Shown here: piece after piece, positions 10,592 through 21,218 of the stretch
Layout: every line of letters begins with the position of its first letter
Numbering within the stretch: the first letter of the stretch is position 1
NCBI GenBank assembly: GCA_052390235.1
Contig: JBQTHB010000005.1
Coordinates: 320,001 to 384,000, forward strand
Length of the DNA: 64,000 nucleotides
Origin: Deltaproteobacteria bacterium
GTDB lineage: Bacteria > Desulfobacterota_D > UBA1144 > Nemesobacterales > CSP1-2
Direction of reading: 5' to 3'
Program-made: the position numbers and the translations under genes
Notes under the pieces: generated by a model
The model's database searches: none
The model's input: only the letters and a program-made list of their open reading frames with translations
Told to the model about the DNA's origin: nothing

Positions 10592-12352
10592 ATGCCCGCG
10601 TCGCTAGTGTCCATTGCCTCGGCTCTAAGCCCCCTTGACTGGCTTATTGTAGCCATCTATATGATAGCATCGCTTGCCATAGGGGTTTATTTCACCAGGC
10701 GCGCCAGCAGAAATATGTCCGAGTATTTCGTTTCGGGTCGGAATCTGCCGTGGTGGATAGTTGGCACCTCTATGGTTGCGACGACCTTCGCCGCCGACAC
10801 GCCGCTTGCCGTTACGGGTTGGGTGCGCACAGAGGGGATTTGGAAAAACTGGTTCTGGTGGAATTATGTTTTCAGCCACGTTTTTATTATATTCGTCTTC
10901 TCAAGGCTCTGGCGGCGCGCCGAGGTCATCACCGACAACGAGCTTATCGAAATGCGCTATGGCGGCAGGCCAGCGGCGTTCCTCAGGGGGTTTAAGGCGT
11001 TTTACTTCGCCACGATATTCAATTTTATAGTCATGGGCTGGGTCATAAGCGCTATGGCGAAGATACTAAAGGTATTTTTCGAGGTTGATACCACTGTCGC
11101 CATCGTCTTTTGCATGGCGATAGCCTTTATCTACACCACTATGTCGGGGCTCTGGGGAGTGGCGCTTACGGATTTTTTTCAGTATTTTATCGCCCTTTTC
11201 GGTACGGGCGTGCTTGCGTGGATTGCCGTGAATTCCCCTGAAATAGGGGGATACGCCGGATTCGTTGACAAACTCGGAGGGATTGAAAAGCACCTCGCGT
11301 TTGTGATGACCCCATCCGGCGGCGCTCCGGTTGACGATGATGGGTTTTGGTCGTCGAGCTTTTTTATATTTCTCGCCTACGTTACCGTAATTTGGTGGTC
11401 TTCTCATAACGCCGATGGGGGGGGGTATTTCATTCAGCGGCTCTCCTCGGCGAAGGACGAGCGGCACGCTGTGCTGGGAATGGCTTGGTTTGTGCTGAAC
11501 CACTATATAATTCGATTTTGGCCCTGGGTGCTGGTGGCGGTTTTCTCGCTTATGGTCTATCCCACGGCTGAGCGAACGGGCGGCGACCAGGAGGCGATGT
11601 ATATGACCGTAATTCGGGATTTTCTTGGGCCCGGGCTCAGGGGGCTTCTGTTCGTTACGTTTCTCGCCGCGTTTATGTCAACTATAACGACTCAGCTCAA
11701 CTGGGGGGCATCGTACCTGATGAACGACATCTATAAGCGCTTCATCAAAAAGGACGCAACCGAGGGCCATTACATATTCGTCTCAAGGCTCTCGACGCTT
11801 GTACTCACCGTGCTTGCCGGATATTTTGCCCTTCACATAAAAGAAATCGGCAAGGCTTGGATTTTCCTCTGGGCTATGAGCGCGGGCGTGGGGCTGGTGC
11901 TGATTCTGCGCTGGTTTTGGTGGCGGATAAACGCCTGGTCTGAGATTTCGGCTCTGGCGGCGTCGCTCATTACGATTATCGCCGTTACTCTCTATACGAA
12001 ATTCGAGGGAATCCCGCTTGAACTGAAGCATCAAATCCTCGTTGTGCCTGTCTCAATTGCCGTGTGGCTTACCACTACTCTTCTCACCCCTCCTGAGCGC
12101 CCGGATAAGCTCAGCGGGTTTTACCGTAAAATTCGCCCTTGGGGCTGGTGGGGCGATGCGGCTAGGATGAATCCTGAAATTCAACCTCCGCCCTTTGGGC
12201 CACTGCTGGTGAATTGGGCGCTAGGGGTGGCTTTCGTGCTACTGCTCATGATGGGGACTGGCAAGTTGCTCTTGGGGAATCCTGTGCTTGGTGGGGCGAT
12301 GATTTTAATCTCGCTGGGCATTGGCGCGTGGATTTATCTGCGAATTAAGTAG
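10592..12352 (+). CDS. Sodium:solute symporter family protein
   Basis: EYFVSGRNLPWW, SMVATTFAADTPL, AAFMST; many TM segments; start moved to the ATG just after TATAAT at 10579. Confidence 0.9.
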   Translation: MPASLVSIASALSPLDWLIVAIYMIASLAIGVYFTRRASRNMSEYFVSGRNLPWWIVGTSMVATTFAADTPLAVTGWVRTEGIWKNWFWWNYVFSHVFIIFVFSRLWRRAEVITDNELIEMRYGGRPAAFLRGFKAFYFATIFNFIVMGWVISAMAKILKVFFEVDTTVAIVFCMAIAFIYTTMSGLWGVALTDFFQYFIALFGTGVLAWIAVNSPEIGGYAGFVDKLGGIEKHLAFVMTPSGGAPVDDDGFWSSSFFIFLAYVTVIWWSSHNADGGGYFIQRLSSAKDERHAVLGMAWFVLNHYIIRFWPWVLVAVFSLMVYPTAERTGGDQEAMYMTVIRDFLGPGLRGLLFVTFLAAFMSTITTQLNWGASYLMNDIYKRFIKKDATEGHYIFVSRLSTLVLTVLAGYFALHIKEIGKAWIFLWAMSAGVGLVLILRWFWWRINAWSEISALAASLITIIAVTLYTKFEGIPLELKHQILVVPVSIAVWLTTTLLTPPERPDKLSGFYRKIRPWGWWGDAARMNPEIQPPPFGPLLVNWALGVAFVLLLMMGTGKLLLGNPVLGGAMILISLGIGAWIYLRIK

Positions 12353-12402
12353 CCTGTGTTTGCAAATCCGCCCATTTAGCTACTTCCTCAAATATGTGCG
12401 CG

Positions 12403-14889
12403 CTAAATCACTATATTCACGAGCCGCTTCGGGACGACGACGACTTTTTTAATTTCCCGTCCGGCGGTGTAATGCCTAATTTTTTCATCCTCGAAAGCGA
12501 CCCTCTTCATCTCCTCTTCAGTAGCGTCGGCGTCCATCGAGATCTGACTCCTGAGCTTCCCGTTCACCTGAAGCACCACTGTTACGGCCGCTCCGGCGAG
12601 GACGCTTCTGTCCCACGCGAGCCACTGCGCTTTCACAAGCGAGCCCCTCTCGCCCAACCCCTGCCAAAGCTCCTGGGAGATATGCGGGGCAATGGGGTAG
12701 AGGAGCTGCGCTATGGCGCGCGCCGCCCGCCTTTTTACCTCTCGATGTGTTTCGTCGTGAAACTTAGACGCCTCGTTGAGCAGTTCCATTACGGCGGCAA
12801 TTGCCGTGTTGAACTGAAACCGCTCGAGGTCGTCGGTAACCTTTTTGATGGTTTTGTTAATTTTAACGAGAAGCGCTCTCGCCTCCGCGCTGAGGTTTGA
12901 TGCGAAGTCTGAATCGGCTCCTAGCCCGCGCCCGGAGTCTGGCGAATCCCTGCACTCATAGACGAATCTCCACACGCGATGCAGAAACCTCGACGCCCCT
13001 TCAACGCCTGTGTCGCTCCAGTCCAAATCCTTCTCGGCGGGGGCGGCAAAGAGCATGAAAACCCTAACGGTGTCTGCGCCGTATTTGCGAATCATATCGT
13101 CGGGGTCAACGATATTCCCTAGTGATTTGGACATCTTAGCCCCGTCCTTTATTACCATCCCCTGAGTGAGCAGGTTCGAGAAAGGCTCATCAACATCGGC
13201 AAATCCTAAATCCCTTAGAACCTTCGTGAAGAATCGGGAGTAGAGCAGATGCAGTATCGCGTGTTCAATGCCCCCTATGTACTGATCCACGGGAAGCCAG
13301 TAGCCGACCTTTGCGGTATCGAAAATCCCCCGCTCGTAGCGCGCCGAGGCGTAGCGCAGAAAGTACCACGACGACTCTACAAATGTGTCCATCGTGTCGG
13401 TTTCGCGCCTTGCAACGCCGCCGCACTTGGGGCATGGCACGCTCATGAACCTCTCTAATTTTCCAAGCGGCGAGCCGCCTTTCCCGGAGAACTCCACATC
13501 GAGCGGAAGCTCTACGGGCAGGTCTGCATCCGGCACGGGCACAGTCCCGCAGTATTGGCAATAGACTATCGGTATCGGCGCCCCCCAGTACCTCTGGCGG
13601 GATATGCCCCAATCGCGGAGGCGGTAGTTCACTTTGCGGCAACCTAACCCTCTTCGCTCTATGAATTCGATGACCTTCTCCTTGCCCTCGCCTGAGGGAA
13701 GCCCCGAAAATTCGCCCGACATTACCATCACGCCCGCCCCTTCAAAGGCGCAGTCCATAGCGCGGGGGTCAAGCTCGCTTCCATCCGGGGAGATGACGGC
13801 TCTCATTACAATCCCGTATTTCGCGGCAAACTCGAAATCCCTCTGGTCGTGCGCCGGCACGGACATGATAATTCCCGTCCCGTACTCCATTAGGACGAAA
13901 TTTGCAATGTAAATCGGCGCCCGCTCGCCCGTGAATGGGTTTATGGAATACGCGCCCGTGAATACCCCCTCTTTTGCCGCTCCCTCGGCGACTCTCTCAA
14001 GGTTGCTCTGCTTCCTCACCCTGCCGATGAACCCCCTTGCCCGCTCCTCCTCAGCCCTCCCTCGGATGAGCGTCTCGACGGCGGGATGCTCCGGGGCTAT
14101 ACAGATGAAAGTAACCCCAAAGACTGTATCCGGGCGCGTGGTGTAAATCTTAAGCGAGTGTACATCGCCCGCAGGCTCTTCGAGGGGGAAATCAATCTCC
14201 GCCCCCGCGCTTTTGCCTATCCAATTCCTCTGCATTGCAAGCACCCTCTCGGGCCAGCCCGCGAGCTTCTCGATGCTCTGGAGGAGTTCCTCGGCGTAAT
14301 CGGTAATCTTGAAGAACCAGCCGTCCATCTGCTTCTGCTCGACTTGGGATTTGCACCTCCAGCAAGCCCCGTCTTCGACCTGCTCGTTTGCAAGCACCGT
14401 CTCGCACGAGGGACACCAATTGACGACCGAGGTCTTTTTATAGGCGAGTCCGCGCTCGAACATACGGGTAAAGACCATCTGCTCCCAACGGTAATACTGG
14501 GGATGGCAGGTTGCGACCTCTCTCGTCCAGTCGTAGCTGAAGCCGAGGCGTTTGAGTTGCTCCCTCATCTGCGCGATATTCTGATAAGTCCACTTCGCCG
14601 GATGCACGCCCCGCTGAATTGCGGCGTTCTCCGCTGGGAGCCCAAATGCGTCCCACCCGATGGGATGAAGCACGTTGAATCCGTTTGACCTCCTGTAGCG
14701 CGCCACAACGTCTCCGATGGTGTAGTTTCTCACATGACCCATGTGAATCCGCCCTGAAGGATAGGGGAACATCTCAAGCACGTAGTATTTCTCGCCGGGG
14801 GCGTTCTCATTGGCTACGTTGACCCTGCTGTCCTCCCAAGCCCTCTGCCACTTCTGTTCAATCGCCTGCGCGTCGTATTGCTCTTTCAT
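12403..14889 (-). CDS. leuS: Leucine--tRNA ligase
   Basis: [28 protein letters not shown]. Confidence 0.98.
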   Translation of the reverse strand: MKEQYDAQAIEQKWQRAWEDSRVNVANENAPGEKYYVLEMFPYPSGRIHMGHVRNYTIGDVVARYRRSNGFNVLHPIGWDAFGLPAENAAIQRGVHPAKWTYQNIAQMREQLKRLGFSYDWTREVATCHPQYYRWEQMVFTRMFERGLAYKKTSVVNWCPSCETVLANEQVEDGACWRCKSQVEQKQMDGWFFKITDYAEELLQSIEKLAGWPERVLAMQRNWIGKSAGAEIDFPLEEPAGDVHSLKIYTTRPDTVFGVTFICIAPEHPAVETLIRGRAEEERARGFIGRVRKQSNLERVAEGAAKEGVFTGAYSINPFTGERAPIYIANFVLMEYGTGIIMSVPAHDQRDFEFAAKYGIVMRAVISPDGSELDPRAMDCAFEGAGVMVMSGEFSGLPSGEGKEKVIEFIERRGLGCRKVNYRLRDWGISRQRYWGAPIPIVYCQYCGTVPVPDADLPVELPLDVEFSGKGGSPLGKLERFMSVPCPKCGGVARRETDTMDTFVESSWYFLRYASARYERGIFDTAKVGYWLPVDQYIGGIEHAILHLLYSRFFTKVLRDLGFADVDEPFSNLLTQGMVIKDGAKMSKSLGNIVDPDDMIRKYGADTVRVFMLFAAPAEKDLDWSDTGVEGASRFLHRVWRFVYECRDSPDSGRGLGADSDFASNLSAEARALLVKINKTIKKVTDDLERFQFNTAIAAVMELLNEASKFHDETHREVKRRAARAIAQLLYPIAPHISQELWQGLGERGSLVKAQWLAWDRSVLAGAAVTVVLQVNGKLRSQISMDADATEEEMKRVAFEDEKIRHYTAGREIKKVVVVPKRLVNIVI

Positions 14890-15029
14890 TAATTAATTAC
14901 CCCTCGGAGTTTGGCTTCAATTTTAGCCTAGGAATTGTAAATCAACCCCCCTAGGGTTTCAAATACGCAGACTCGCTTTTCTGCCACGATAAAATCACGG
15001 TGCGCGAGACGATATTCGGGATGAGAATA

Positions 15030-15112
15030 GGATTTCTCGCTGTACCCCAAATGACAGGGCAGAGACTCGGAATGACGCTCGCCGCCGTCATTGCGAACGC
15101 ATGGGTGAATCT
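15030..15112. repeat. REP-like cluster (GATTT..AATGAC / GTCATT..AATCT family)
   Basis: ggatttctcgctgtaccccaaatgac; ggaatgac; gtcattgcgaacgcatgggtgaatct. Confidence 0.65.
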
Positions 15113-15195
15113 CCTACTCTGCATCGTTTTACAATGCCCCTGCTATATATTAGAATTTTCGCCGAGTTAATTACCGATGCGCAGAATCCGGGCAA

Positions 15196-16001
15196 TGAGC
15201 GATGCCACATCAGACCTAGGGGAAATACTGGACGACCTCAGGGGCTACGTCGAATTTCAGAAGGCTCTGGGGCTTCGGGGGGCGTCTGTGCCGGTAAAAA
15301 CCGAATCCGCGCCAGCTCCGAAAATCGGGAGCAAAAATGAGCCTGCGCCGCCGGTATCTGATGCCCAAATGAAACCGGAGGCTTCCCCCTGCGAGCGGCA
15401 ACCGGGCATTTTCGACGCTCCGCCAAAGACTCTCACTCTCGAAGAAATCCGCGCTGAGCTTGGCGACTGCTCTCGGTGTAAGCTCCACGAGACGAGGGCG
15501 AGCATCGTCTTTGGCGAGGGAAACCCTAGGGCGAAACTCGTATTTGTAGGCGAGGGGCCTGGCGAGGAAGAGGACAAGCAGGGCAGACCCTTCGTGGGCA
15601 GAGCGGGGCAACTCCTCACCAAAATCATAGCCGCCATGGGACTCAAAAGGGAGGATGTTTACATCTGCAACGTTGTGAAGTGCCGCCCTCCGGCAAATAG
15701 AGTCCCTGAGCCGGACGAGGTCGCCTCCTGCGAGCCGTTCCTGTTTGGGCAACTCGGCTCCATCGCCCCTGAGGTGGTAGTGTGTCTTGGGGCTACGGCG
15801 GCGCAGGCGATTCTCAAATCCAAGGGAAAGCTCGGCGATGTGCGCGGCAGATTCATCCCCTACAGAGGGGCGAAACTCATGGTAACATATCATCCGGCGG
15901 CGCTGCTGCGAAATCCCGCATTCAAGAAGCCGCTTTGGGACGATATGCAGATTGTGATGAGAGAGCTTGGACTGTCAATCCCGAAAAAATCGGGCGATTA
16001 G
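15196..16001 (+). CDS. Uracil-DNA glycosylase family 4 (Fe-S type) with N-terminal extension
   Basis: CSRCKL, GEGPG, FVGRAG, NVVKCRPP, YHPAALLR. Confidence 0.93.
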
Positions 16002-16067
16002 CTCAGTGGATAGAGCGTTGGTCTCCGAAGCCAAAGGCCGGGGGTTCGAGTCCCCCATCGCCCGCCA
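15992..16067 (+). tRNA. tRNA-Arg(CCG)
   Basis: Acceptor stem GGGCGAT/ATCGCCC, D-arm GCTCAGTGGATAGAGC, anticodon arm TTGGT-CTCCGAA-GCCAA, T-loop GGTTCGAGTCC, encoded CCA. Confidence 0.97.
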
Positions 16068-16072
16068 TAATT

Positions 16073-16186
16073 TCTCTGCCGACCCCATACCGAACCCGTG
16101 ATGGCTACTCCCTGCAGCGATTCTCAACGGGAAGGTTCTCAAATACGGCTCCGGCATCCTCGCGGGTAAGCACGGTGTCATAAAGA
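16073..16186 (-). ncRNA. Candidate structured ncRNA (long imperfect rod, unknown family)
   Basis: 5' and 3' arms pair with G-U pairs only on the minus strand; TTGACT-N18-TAAAAT upstream on the minus strand. Confidence 0.4.
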
Positions 16187-16279
16187 CCAATATATCAATT
16201 TTAGTACGGGGCGTTTTATTTAGTCAATAATTTATGAGACTCTGCCGATTTGATTTCCCCCTGCTGGGTAAATAGAATA

Positions 16280-16309
16280 TTGACAATTTCATTGAACGTA
16301 GATTATGAT
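16280..16309 (+). promoter_or_regulatory. Putative sigma70 promoter of proA
   Basis: TTGACA-N18-TATGAT. Confidence 0.55.
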
Positions 16310-16345
16310 TCCTAAATAATAAATACAACGGAATATCAGATTTTA

Positions 16346-17644
16346 ATGTCAATGTCAGAAACAACCCTAAGCGCCTCAGCTCAAAACGCCCGCCTCGCAA
16401 AGCTAGCCCGTGAAATCGCCGAGAAAGCCAAAGAAGCCTCAAAGTCGCTTGCAAAAGCCCCCTCAAGCTTGAAGAACAGCGCCCTTCGCGCCGCCGCCTC
16501 CGAGCTTCTCGCCCGCTCCGCGCTCATCCTCGCCGAGAACGCCAAGGACGTAGAAGACGCCTCCAAAAAGGGCCTAGCCCCGGCGATGATAGACCGCCTG
16601 TCTCTGAGCGATGCCCGTATCAAGGCTATGGCGGCGGGAATGCAGGAGGTAGCCGCCCTTGCCGACCCTGTGGGCGAGGTGCTCCGTATGCGGCGCAGAC
16701 CCAACGGACTGCTCGTGGGGAAGATGCGAATACCGCTTGGGGTGATAGGCATAATCTATGAGTCGAGACCGAACGTTACGGCGGATGCGGCGGGGCTTTG
16801 CGTTAAATCCGGCAATGCGGTGATTCTCAGGGGAGGGTCTGAATCCCTGAGGTCGAACGTCGCCATCGGCGCTGTGCTTCGGGACGCGCTCCGCCAAAAC
16901 TCCCTGCCCGAAGACGCCGTCCAAATTATTCCCGTCGCGGACAGGGCGGCGATGCTAGAGATGCTAAAGCTCGAAGAGCAGATAGACCTCATAATTCCGA
17001 GGGGAGGCGAGGGGCTCATTCGATTCGTATCCGAGAATTCGAGGATTCCCGTGCTGAAGCACTACAAGGGCGTGTGCCATATTTTTGTGGATGAGTCGGC
17101 GGATTTCGAGAAGGCCGGGCGTATCTGCATAAACGCCAAGGTTCAGCGTCCGGGGGTGTGCAACGCCATGGAGACCCTGCTCGTCCATGAGAGTATTGCG
17201 GAGCGGTTTTTGCCATTTATAGCCCAGAGATACGAAACCGCAGGCGTCGAGATTCGCGGATGCCCGCGCACCAGAGAGATTCTCCCCAATGCCGCAGCGG
17301 CTTCTGAGGAGGATTGGTACGCCGAATATCTGGATTTAATCCTCAGCGTCAGGGTTGTGCGCAATATAGGCGAGGCTGTCTCTCATATCGAGAAATACGG
17401 CTCTTCCCACACCGAGGCAATCGTTACCGAGAGCTACTCAAACGCCCAGTATTTCATCGCGGCCGTCAATTCGTCAACCATTATCGCCAACGCCTCCACG
17501 AGATTCAGCGACGGCTTCGAGCTTGGATTGGGGGCGGAGATTGGCATCAGCACATCGAAACTCCACGCCTTCGGTCCCATGGGGCTTGAGGAGCTTACCA
17601 CTACGAAATTCATCATCTATGGAGACGGTCAGATTAGAACCTAA
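16346..17644 (+). CDS. proA: Gamma-glutamyl phosphate reductase
   Basis: [48 protein letters not shown]. Confidence 0.97.
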   Translation: MSMSETTLSASAQNARLAKLAREIAEKAKEASKSLAKAPSSLKNSALRAAASELLARSALILAENAKDVEDASKKGLAPAMIDRLSLSDARIKAMAAGMQEVAALADPVGEVLRMRRRPNGLLVGKMRIPLGVIGIIYESRPNVTADAAGLCVKSGNAVILRGGSESLRSNVAIGAVLRDALRQNSLPEDAVQIIPVADRAAMLEMLKLEEQIDLIIPRGGEGLIRFVSENSRIPVLKHYKGVCHIFVDESADFEKAGRICINAKVQRPGVCNAMETLLVHESIAERFLPFIAQRYETAGVEIRGCPRTREILPNAAAASEEDWYAEYLDLILSVRVVRNIGEAVSHIEKYGSSHTEAIVTESYSNAQYFIAAVNSSTIIANASTRFSDGFELGLGAEIGISTSKLHAFGPMGLEELTTTKFIIYGDGQIRT

Positions 17645-17670
17645 AATCCCCTAAGTCAGGAGGACACTCC

Positions 17671-19005
17671 TTGAGGCAAAGACGGCTCGACACCAACTCA
17701 TTTCCCGCCCTCTCGAAACAGACGGCCGCTAGATTAAAAATCGGTTCAAAAAAGACTCTCAATACTGAAAAAAAACCTACCGCCGGAAATTACGGAAACT
17801 ATCCCGAAGAAGAGGTCAGCTTAAGCGAAGAGAGCAGATTCATCCCAATTGATATTGAAGATAAGATAATCTCTGACATCGCCGACCCAGATTTCGACTT
17901 AAAACCCAGCTCCGCCGCCGAAGACGGCGCTGCGGATAAGAAAAAGCCCTCCTCCTCGGATGAAGAATTTCGACTCCTCCAAGTCTATTTTAAGGATATG
18001 GGCGGGGAGCCCCTTCTCACGTCGAGAGAAGAGGTCGAGGTATCGGCGAAGATAAAGAGATGCGAATCCGTCGCCAGAGACCTGAGGCAGAAACTCGACC
18101 TCGCAGTCGGCAGAATAACCGCAGATGGGACGACGGACGCCCCCGTCTCCTCCCAAAAGCGCCGTAGTAGGGACGCCGCAATCCCCATTAAATCGCCGTC
18201 TGGCGAAGGCGCGGGCATCCGCGCAAAGCAGATCCGCAAACTCAGCACCCTCGCTAAGGTCTATATAACCATAGCCAGAAGGTTCAAAGACAAATTCGTC
18301 AAGGCGAATCTAAGGCTCGTCGTGAGCATCGCCAAGCGCTACATGAGCCGGGGACTCCCGCTTCCAGACCTCATTCAGGAGGGCAACGTCGGCTTAATGA
18401 GAGCAGTCGAGAGATTTGACCACACTAAGGGCTATAAATTCTCCACATACGCCTCGTGGTGGATACATCAGGCAATATCGCGCGCCCTGCTCGACCAGAC
18501 CAGAACCATCAGGGTGCCGGTCTATGTGCTGGAGCAGGCGACGAAAGTGCATAAAGTGAGCTCCGCCCTCCATAAGCTATCGGGTAGAAAACCCCTTCCC
18601 GAAGAGATAGCCCAGAGGTCTGGAATCTCCATCGAGGGTGTCAGGCGGGTGCTTGCGGCAACAAAAGAGATAGTTCATCTGGACTCTCCGATACTCGACG
18701 GCGAGAAGGCGACGCTCATCGAATTTATTCCCGACGAGGCGTCCCCCACGCCGGATATAGCCGTTGCCAGAGCGACTCTCAACGAAAAAATTAGGCAGAC
18801 CCTCTCCGCCCTCACCCCGCGCGAGGAGCAGATTCTCAAAATGCGATTCGGCATTGGGTTTGAAACCACTTATACGCTCGACCAGATAGGCAGTTATTTT
18901 GCCCTCACCCGCGAGCGCATAAGGCAGATTGAAAAGCGGGCGCTTGAGAAAATTGAGAATGTGGATTCCGGCACCGGAGGGATGCTTAGGAGTTTTCTCG
19001 AATAG
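17671..19005 (+). CDS. RpoD-like (group 2) sigma70 factor lacking a recognisable region 1.1
   Basis: PLLTSREE (1.2), ANLRLVVSIAKRY, DLIQEGN, KFSTYASWWI, TRERIRQIE; AGGAGG RBS before TTG. Confidence 0.9.
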   Translation: MRQRRLDTNSFPALSKQTAARLKIGSKKTLNTEKKPTAGNYGNYPEEEVSLSEESRFIPIDIEDKIISDIADPDFDLKPSSAAEDGAADKKKPSSSDEEFRLLQVYFKDMGGEPLLTSREEVEVSAKIKRCESVARDLRQKLDLAVGRITADGTTDAPVSSQKRRSRDAAIPIKSPSGEGAGIRAKQIRKLSTLAKVYITIARRFKDKFVKANLRLVVSIAKRYMSRGLPLPDLIQEGNVGLMRAVERFDHTKGYKFSTYASWWIHQAISRALLDQTRTIRVPVYVLEQATKVHKVSSALHKLSGRKPLPEEIAQRSGISIEGVRRVLAATKEIVHLDSPILDGEKATLIEFIPDEASPTPDIAVARATLNEKIRQTLSALTPREEQILKMRFGIGFETTYTLDQIGSYFALTRERIRQIEKRALEKIENVDSGTGGMLRSFLE

Positions 19006-19088
19006 TTTTAGCTATTTATCCCTCGGCTAAATCTCTCCGATGCGCAAATGCGAGCCGGCGCTGGAATATTCGGTTAACCTTAAATTGA

Positions 19089-20747
19089 ATGCTTCTCGGG
19101 CTGAATCTCAAAAACTTTGCCATAATTGACGACCTCGCCGTGAGCTTCGGCGGCGGTCTGAACATCATCACAGGGGAGACAGGCGCGGGAAAGTCAATCA
19201 TCGTTGACGCAGTGAATATAATCCTCGGCGATAGAGCCTCCCCGGACATCATCAAATCCGGCGCAAAAGAAGCGCGCATCGAAGCCCTTTTCGACATCGG
19301 CGGGAATGAGCCCCTCAGGCTCAGGCTTGAATCGTTAGGATTTGACGCGGGCGGCGGCGAGCTTGTAATAAGGCGCACCGTCTCGCCGTCGGGCAGAGGG
19401 CGGATATTCATAAACGGCGCCCTCGCCACAGGCGCAATTCTCGCACTGGTAGCCGAGGGGCTGGTTGACATCTTTAGCCAGCACGAACACCAGACCCTCC
19501 TCAAGGAAGAAAATCACCTGCGGCTGCTAGATGAATTCGGCGCTCTTACGGGGATGGTTCAGGATTTCTCCGAGCTTTATCAAAATCTCAGAGCCGCCCG
19601 AAGAGAGCTTGCCGAGCTTGTGCGGCGTCAAAAAGAGGGGATTGAAAAAGAAGAGTTTCTCAACTTTCAGCTCAGCGAAATTGACTCCGCCGCCCTTGAG
19701 CCGGACGAGGACGAGTCCCTCGAAGTGGAGAGGAAAAAGCTCGCCAACGCCGAAGCCCTCCACTCCGTTGCAGAGTCTGGGGTCGCAATTCTCTATGAGA
19801 ACGAACGCTCGGTTCTCGGCGCTCTCCGGCGGCTGTCAGACGAGCTTGGGGATGCGGCAGAGATTGACGCCGCCCTTTTGGAGGTAGCCCGCATTATTGA
19901 TAAATCCATCGTCGAGCTTGAAGAAGGCGCGTTTACGCTCAGAGACTACGCATCAGAAATCCGATTTAATCCCGCGCGGCTCAACGACATCGAGGCGAGG
20001 CTTCAGGAGATTAAGCGGCTCAAGAGAAAATACGGGGCGAGGGTCGCCGATGTTATTGCGCGCAGAGACCATATCGCCCAAGAACTAGGCGCAATAGCCT
20101 CATCGGACGACGCCCATGCCGCGCTCTCGGCGGAAGTTGCCCTGCTTGAATCAGGGCTGGACGCGGCGGCAGGTAAAATCTCTGAAAAGAGGCGCGCCGC
20201 CGCCCAGACCCTCTCAGCTACGGTGGAGCGGGAGCTTGCCGGGGTCGGAATCAAGGGCGGCAGGCTCGCCGTGGAGTTCGAGGGCAGGGCCATTGCTTCA
20301 ACCGGAGGCGACAGAGCGCTTTTTCTCTTTTCGGCAAATCCCGACGAGAAGCCCAAAGCCCTTCAGAAAATCGCATCGGGCGGGGAGCTTTCGCGCATAA
20401 TGCTCATTTTAAAAGACGCGCTCTCGAAAATAGACGGCGGCGCTGTTCTCATATTCGATGAAGCCGATTCGGGCATTGGCGGCGCGGTTGCCGAAGCCGT
20501 GGGGCGCAAGATTAAGAAACTCTCAGCCTCGCATCAGGTCATCTGTATCACTCACCTCGCGCAGGTGGCGAAATTTGCCGACGCGCATTTCAGGGTTGCC
20601 AAGACCTTTCGGGATGGGAAGACCGATGTAGAGGTGAGGGAACTTGCCGGCGAGGAGCGCGTGGGAGAGATAGCCAGAATGCTGAGCGGGATGAAAATCA
20701 CAGAAAAGACACTAGATGCGGCGCGCGAGATGCTCAGAGATCCATGA
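19089..20747 (+). CDS. recN: DNA repair protein RecN
   Basis: GETGAGKS Walker A, SGGELSR signature, IFDEAD, CITHLAQVA. Confidence 0.96.
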   Translation: MLLGLNLKNFAIIDDLAVSFGGGLNIITGETGAGKSIIVDAVNIILGDRASPDIIKSGAKEARIEALFDIGGNEPLRLRLESLGFDAGGGELVIRRTVSPSGRGRIFINGALATGAILALVAEGLVDIFSQHEHQTLLKEENHLRLLDEFGALTGMVQDFSELYQNLRAARRELAELVRRQKEGIEKEEFLNFQLSEIDSAALEPDEDESLEVERKKLANAEALHSVAESGVAILYENERSVLGALRRLSDELGDAAEIDAALLEVARIIDKSIVELEEGAFTLRDYASEIRFNPARLNDIEARLQEIKRLKRKYGARVADVIARRDHIAQELGAIASSDDAHAALSAEVALLESGLDAAAGKISEKRRAAAQTLSATVERELAGVGIKGGRLAVEFEGRAIASTGGDRALFLFSANPDEKPKALQKIASGGELSRIMLILKDALSKIDGGAVLIFDEADSGIGGAVAEAVGRKIKKLSASHQVICITHLAQVAKFADAHFRVAKTFRDGKTDVEVRELAGEERVGEIARMLSGMKITEKTLDAAREMLRDP

Positions 20748-20915
20748 TTCGGGACACGGGGGATGAATGCGTTTTTTTCTCACCCCTCCAAGCGAGAGAT
20801 GGGATGGTGAATCGTATTCAAGATTTCTCGCTTTACTCGAAATGACAGAAAAAAATAGTCGAAGTAAGACAGAGAATGAGGTGAAATGATGCGCGCGCAG
20901 AGACGTCATTCCGGG
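20744..20915 (+). repeat. Left copy of long inverted repeat (core 20761-20915)
   Basis: Core is the reverse complement of 22470-22624 with 2 mismatches in 155 bp. Confidence 0.95.
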
Positions 20916-21019
20916 ACAAAGAGGGGGGAATCTTGCGTTTTCGCTGTATTTCTCGTCATTACAAACCAGAGATGCGATTGGGAATCTGATTTAGGATTTC
21001 TCATTCCACTCGAAATGAC
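20905..21019. repeat. Further REP-like units (GTCATT..AATCT, GATTT..AATGAC)
   Basis: gtcattccggg..ggaatct; gtcattac..ggaatct; ggatttctcattccactcgaaatgac. Confidence 0.65.
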
Positions 21020-21218
21020 AGAGATATACGGTCAAAATAGCAATGAATCGGCGGTTAGAGCGCTAATCACCAGCCACTAGTCATCGCTGATTCTTATAAG
21101 GGTTAACCCCATTCTAAATCCCAACTTCATCTACCTTTCATCCACGCGGGGCGAAGTTGATTCGATGCCCCCGTGGTATATAATTCGTCTTCAAAAATCA
21201 GCCCAGTAGAGGAGATTC

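Noticed and set aside
16073..16186. Calling the rod-shaped element SRP RNA (ffs) or 6S RNA
   Set aside because: Lacks the CAGG..GNAA..AGCAG helix-8 motif and is too short for typical 6S; kept as an unknown candidate
15992..16345. Possible island or prophage integrated at tRNA-Arg
   Set aside because: No integrase and no duplicated tRNA 3' end seen; proA follows directly; the AT-rich patch is explained by divergent promoters
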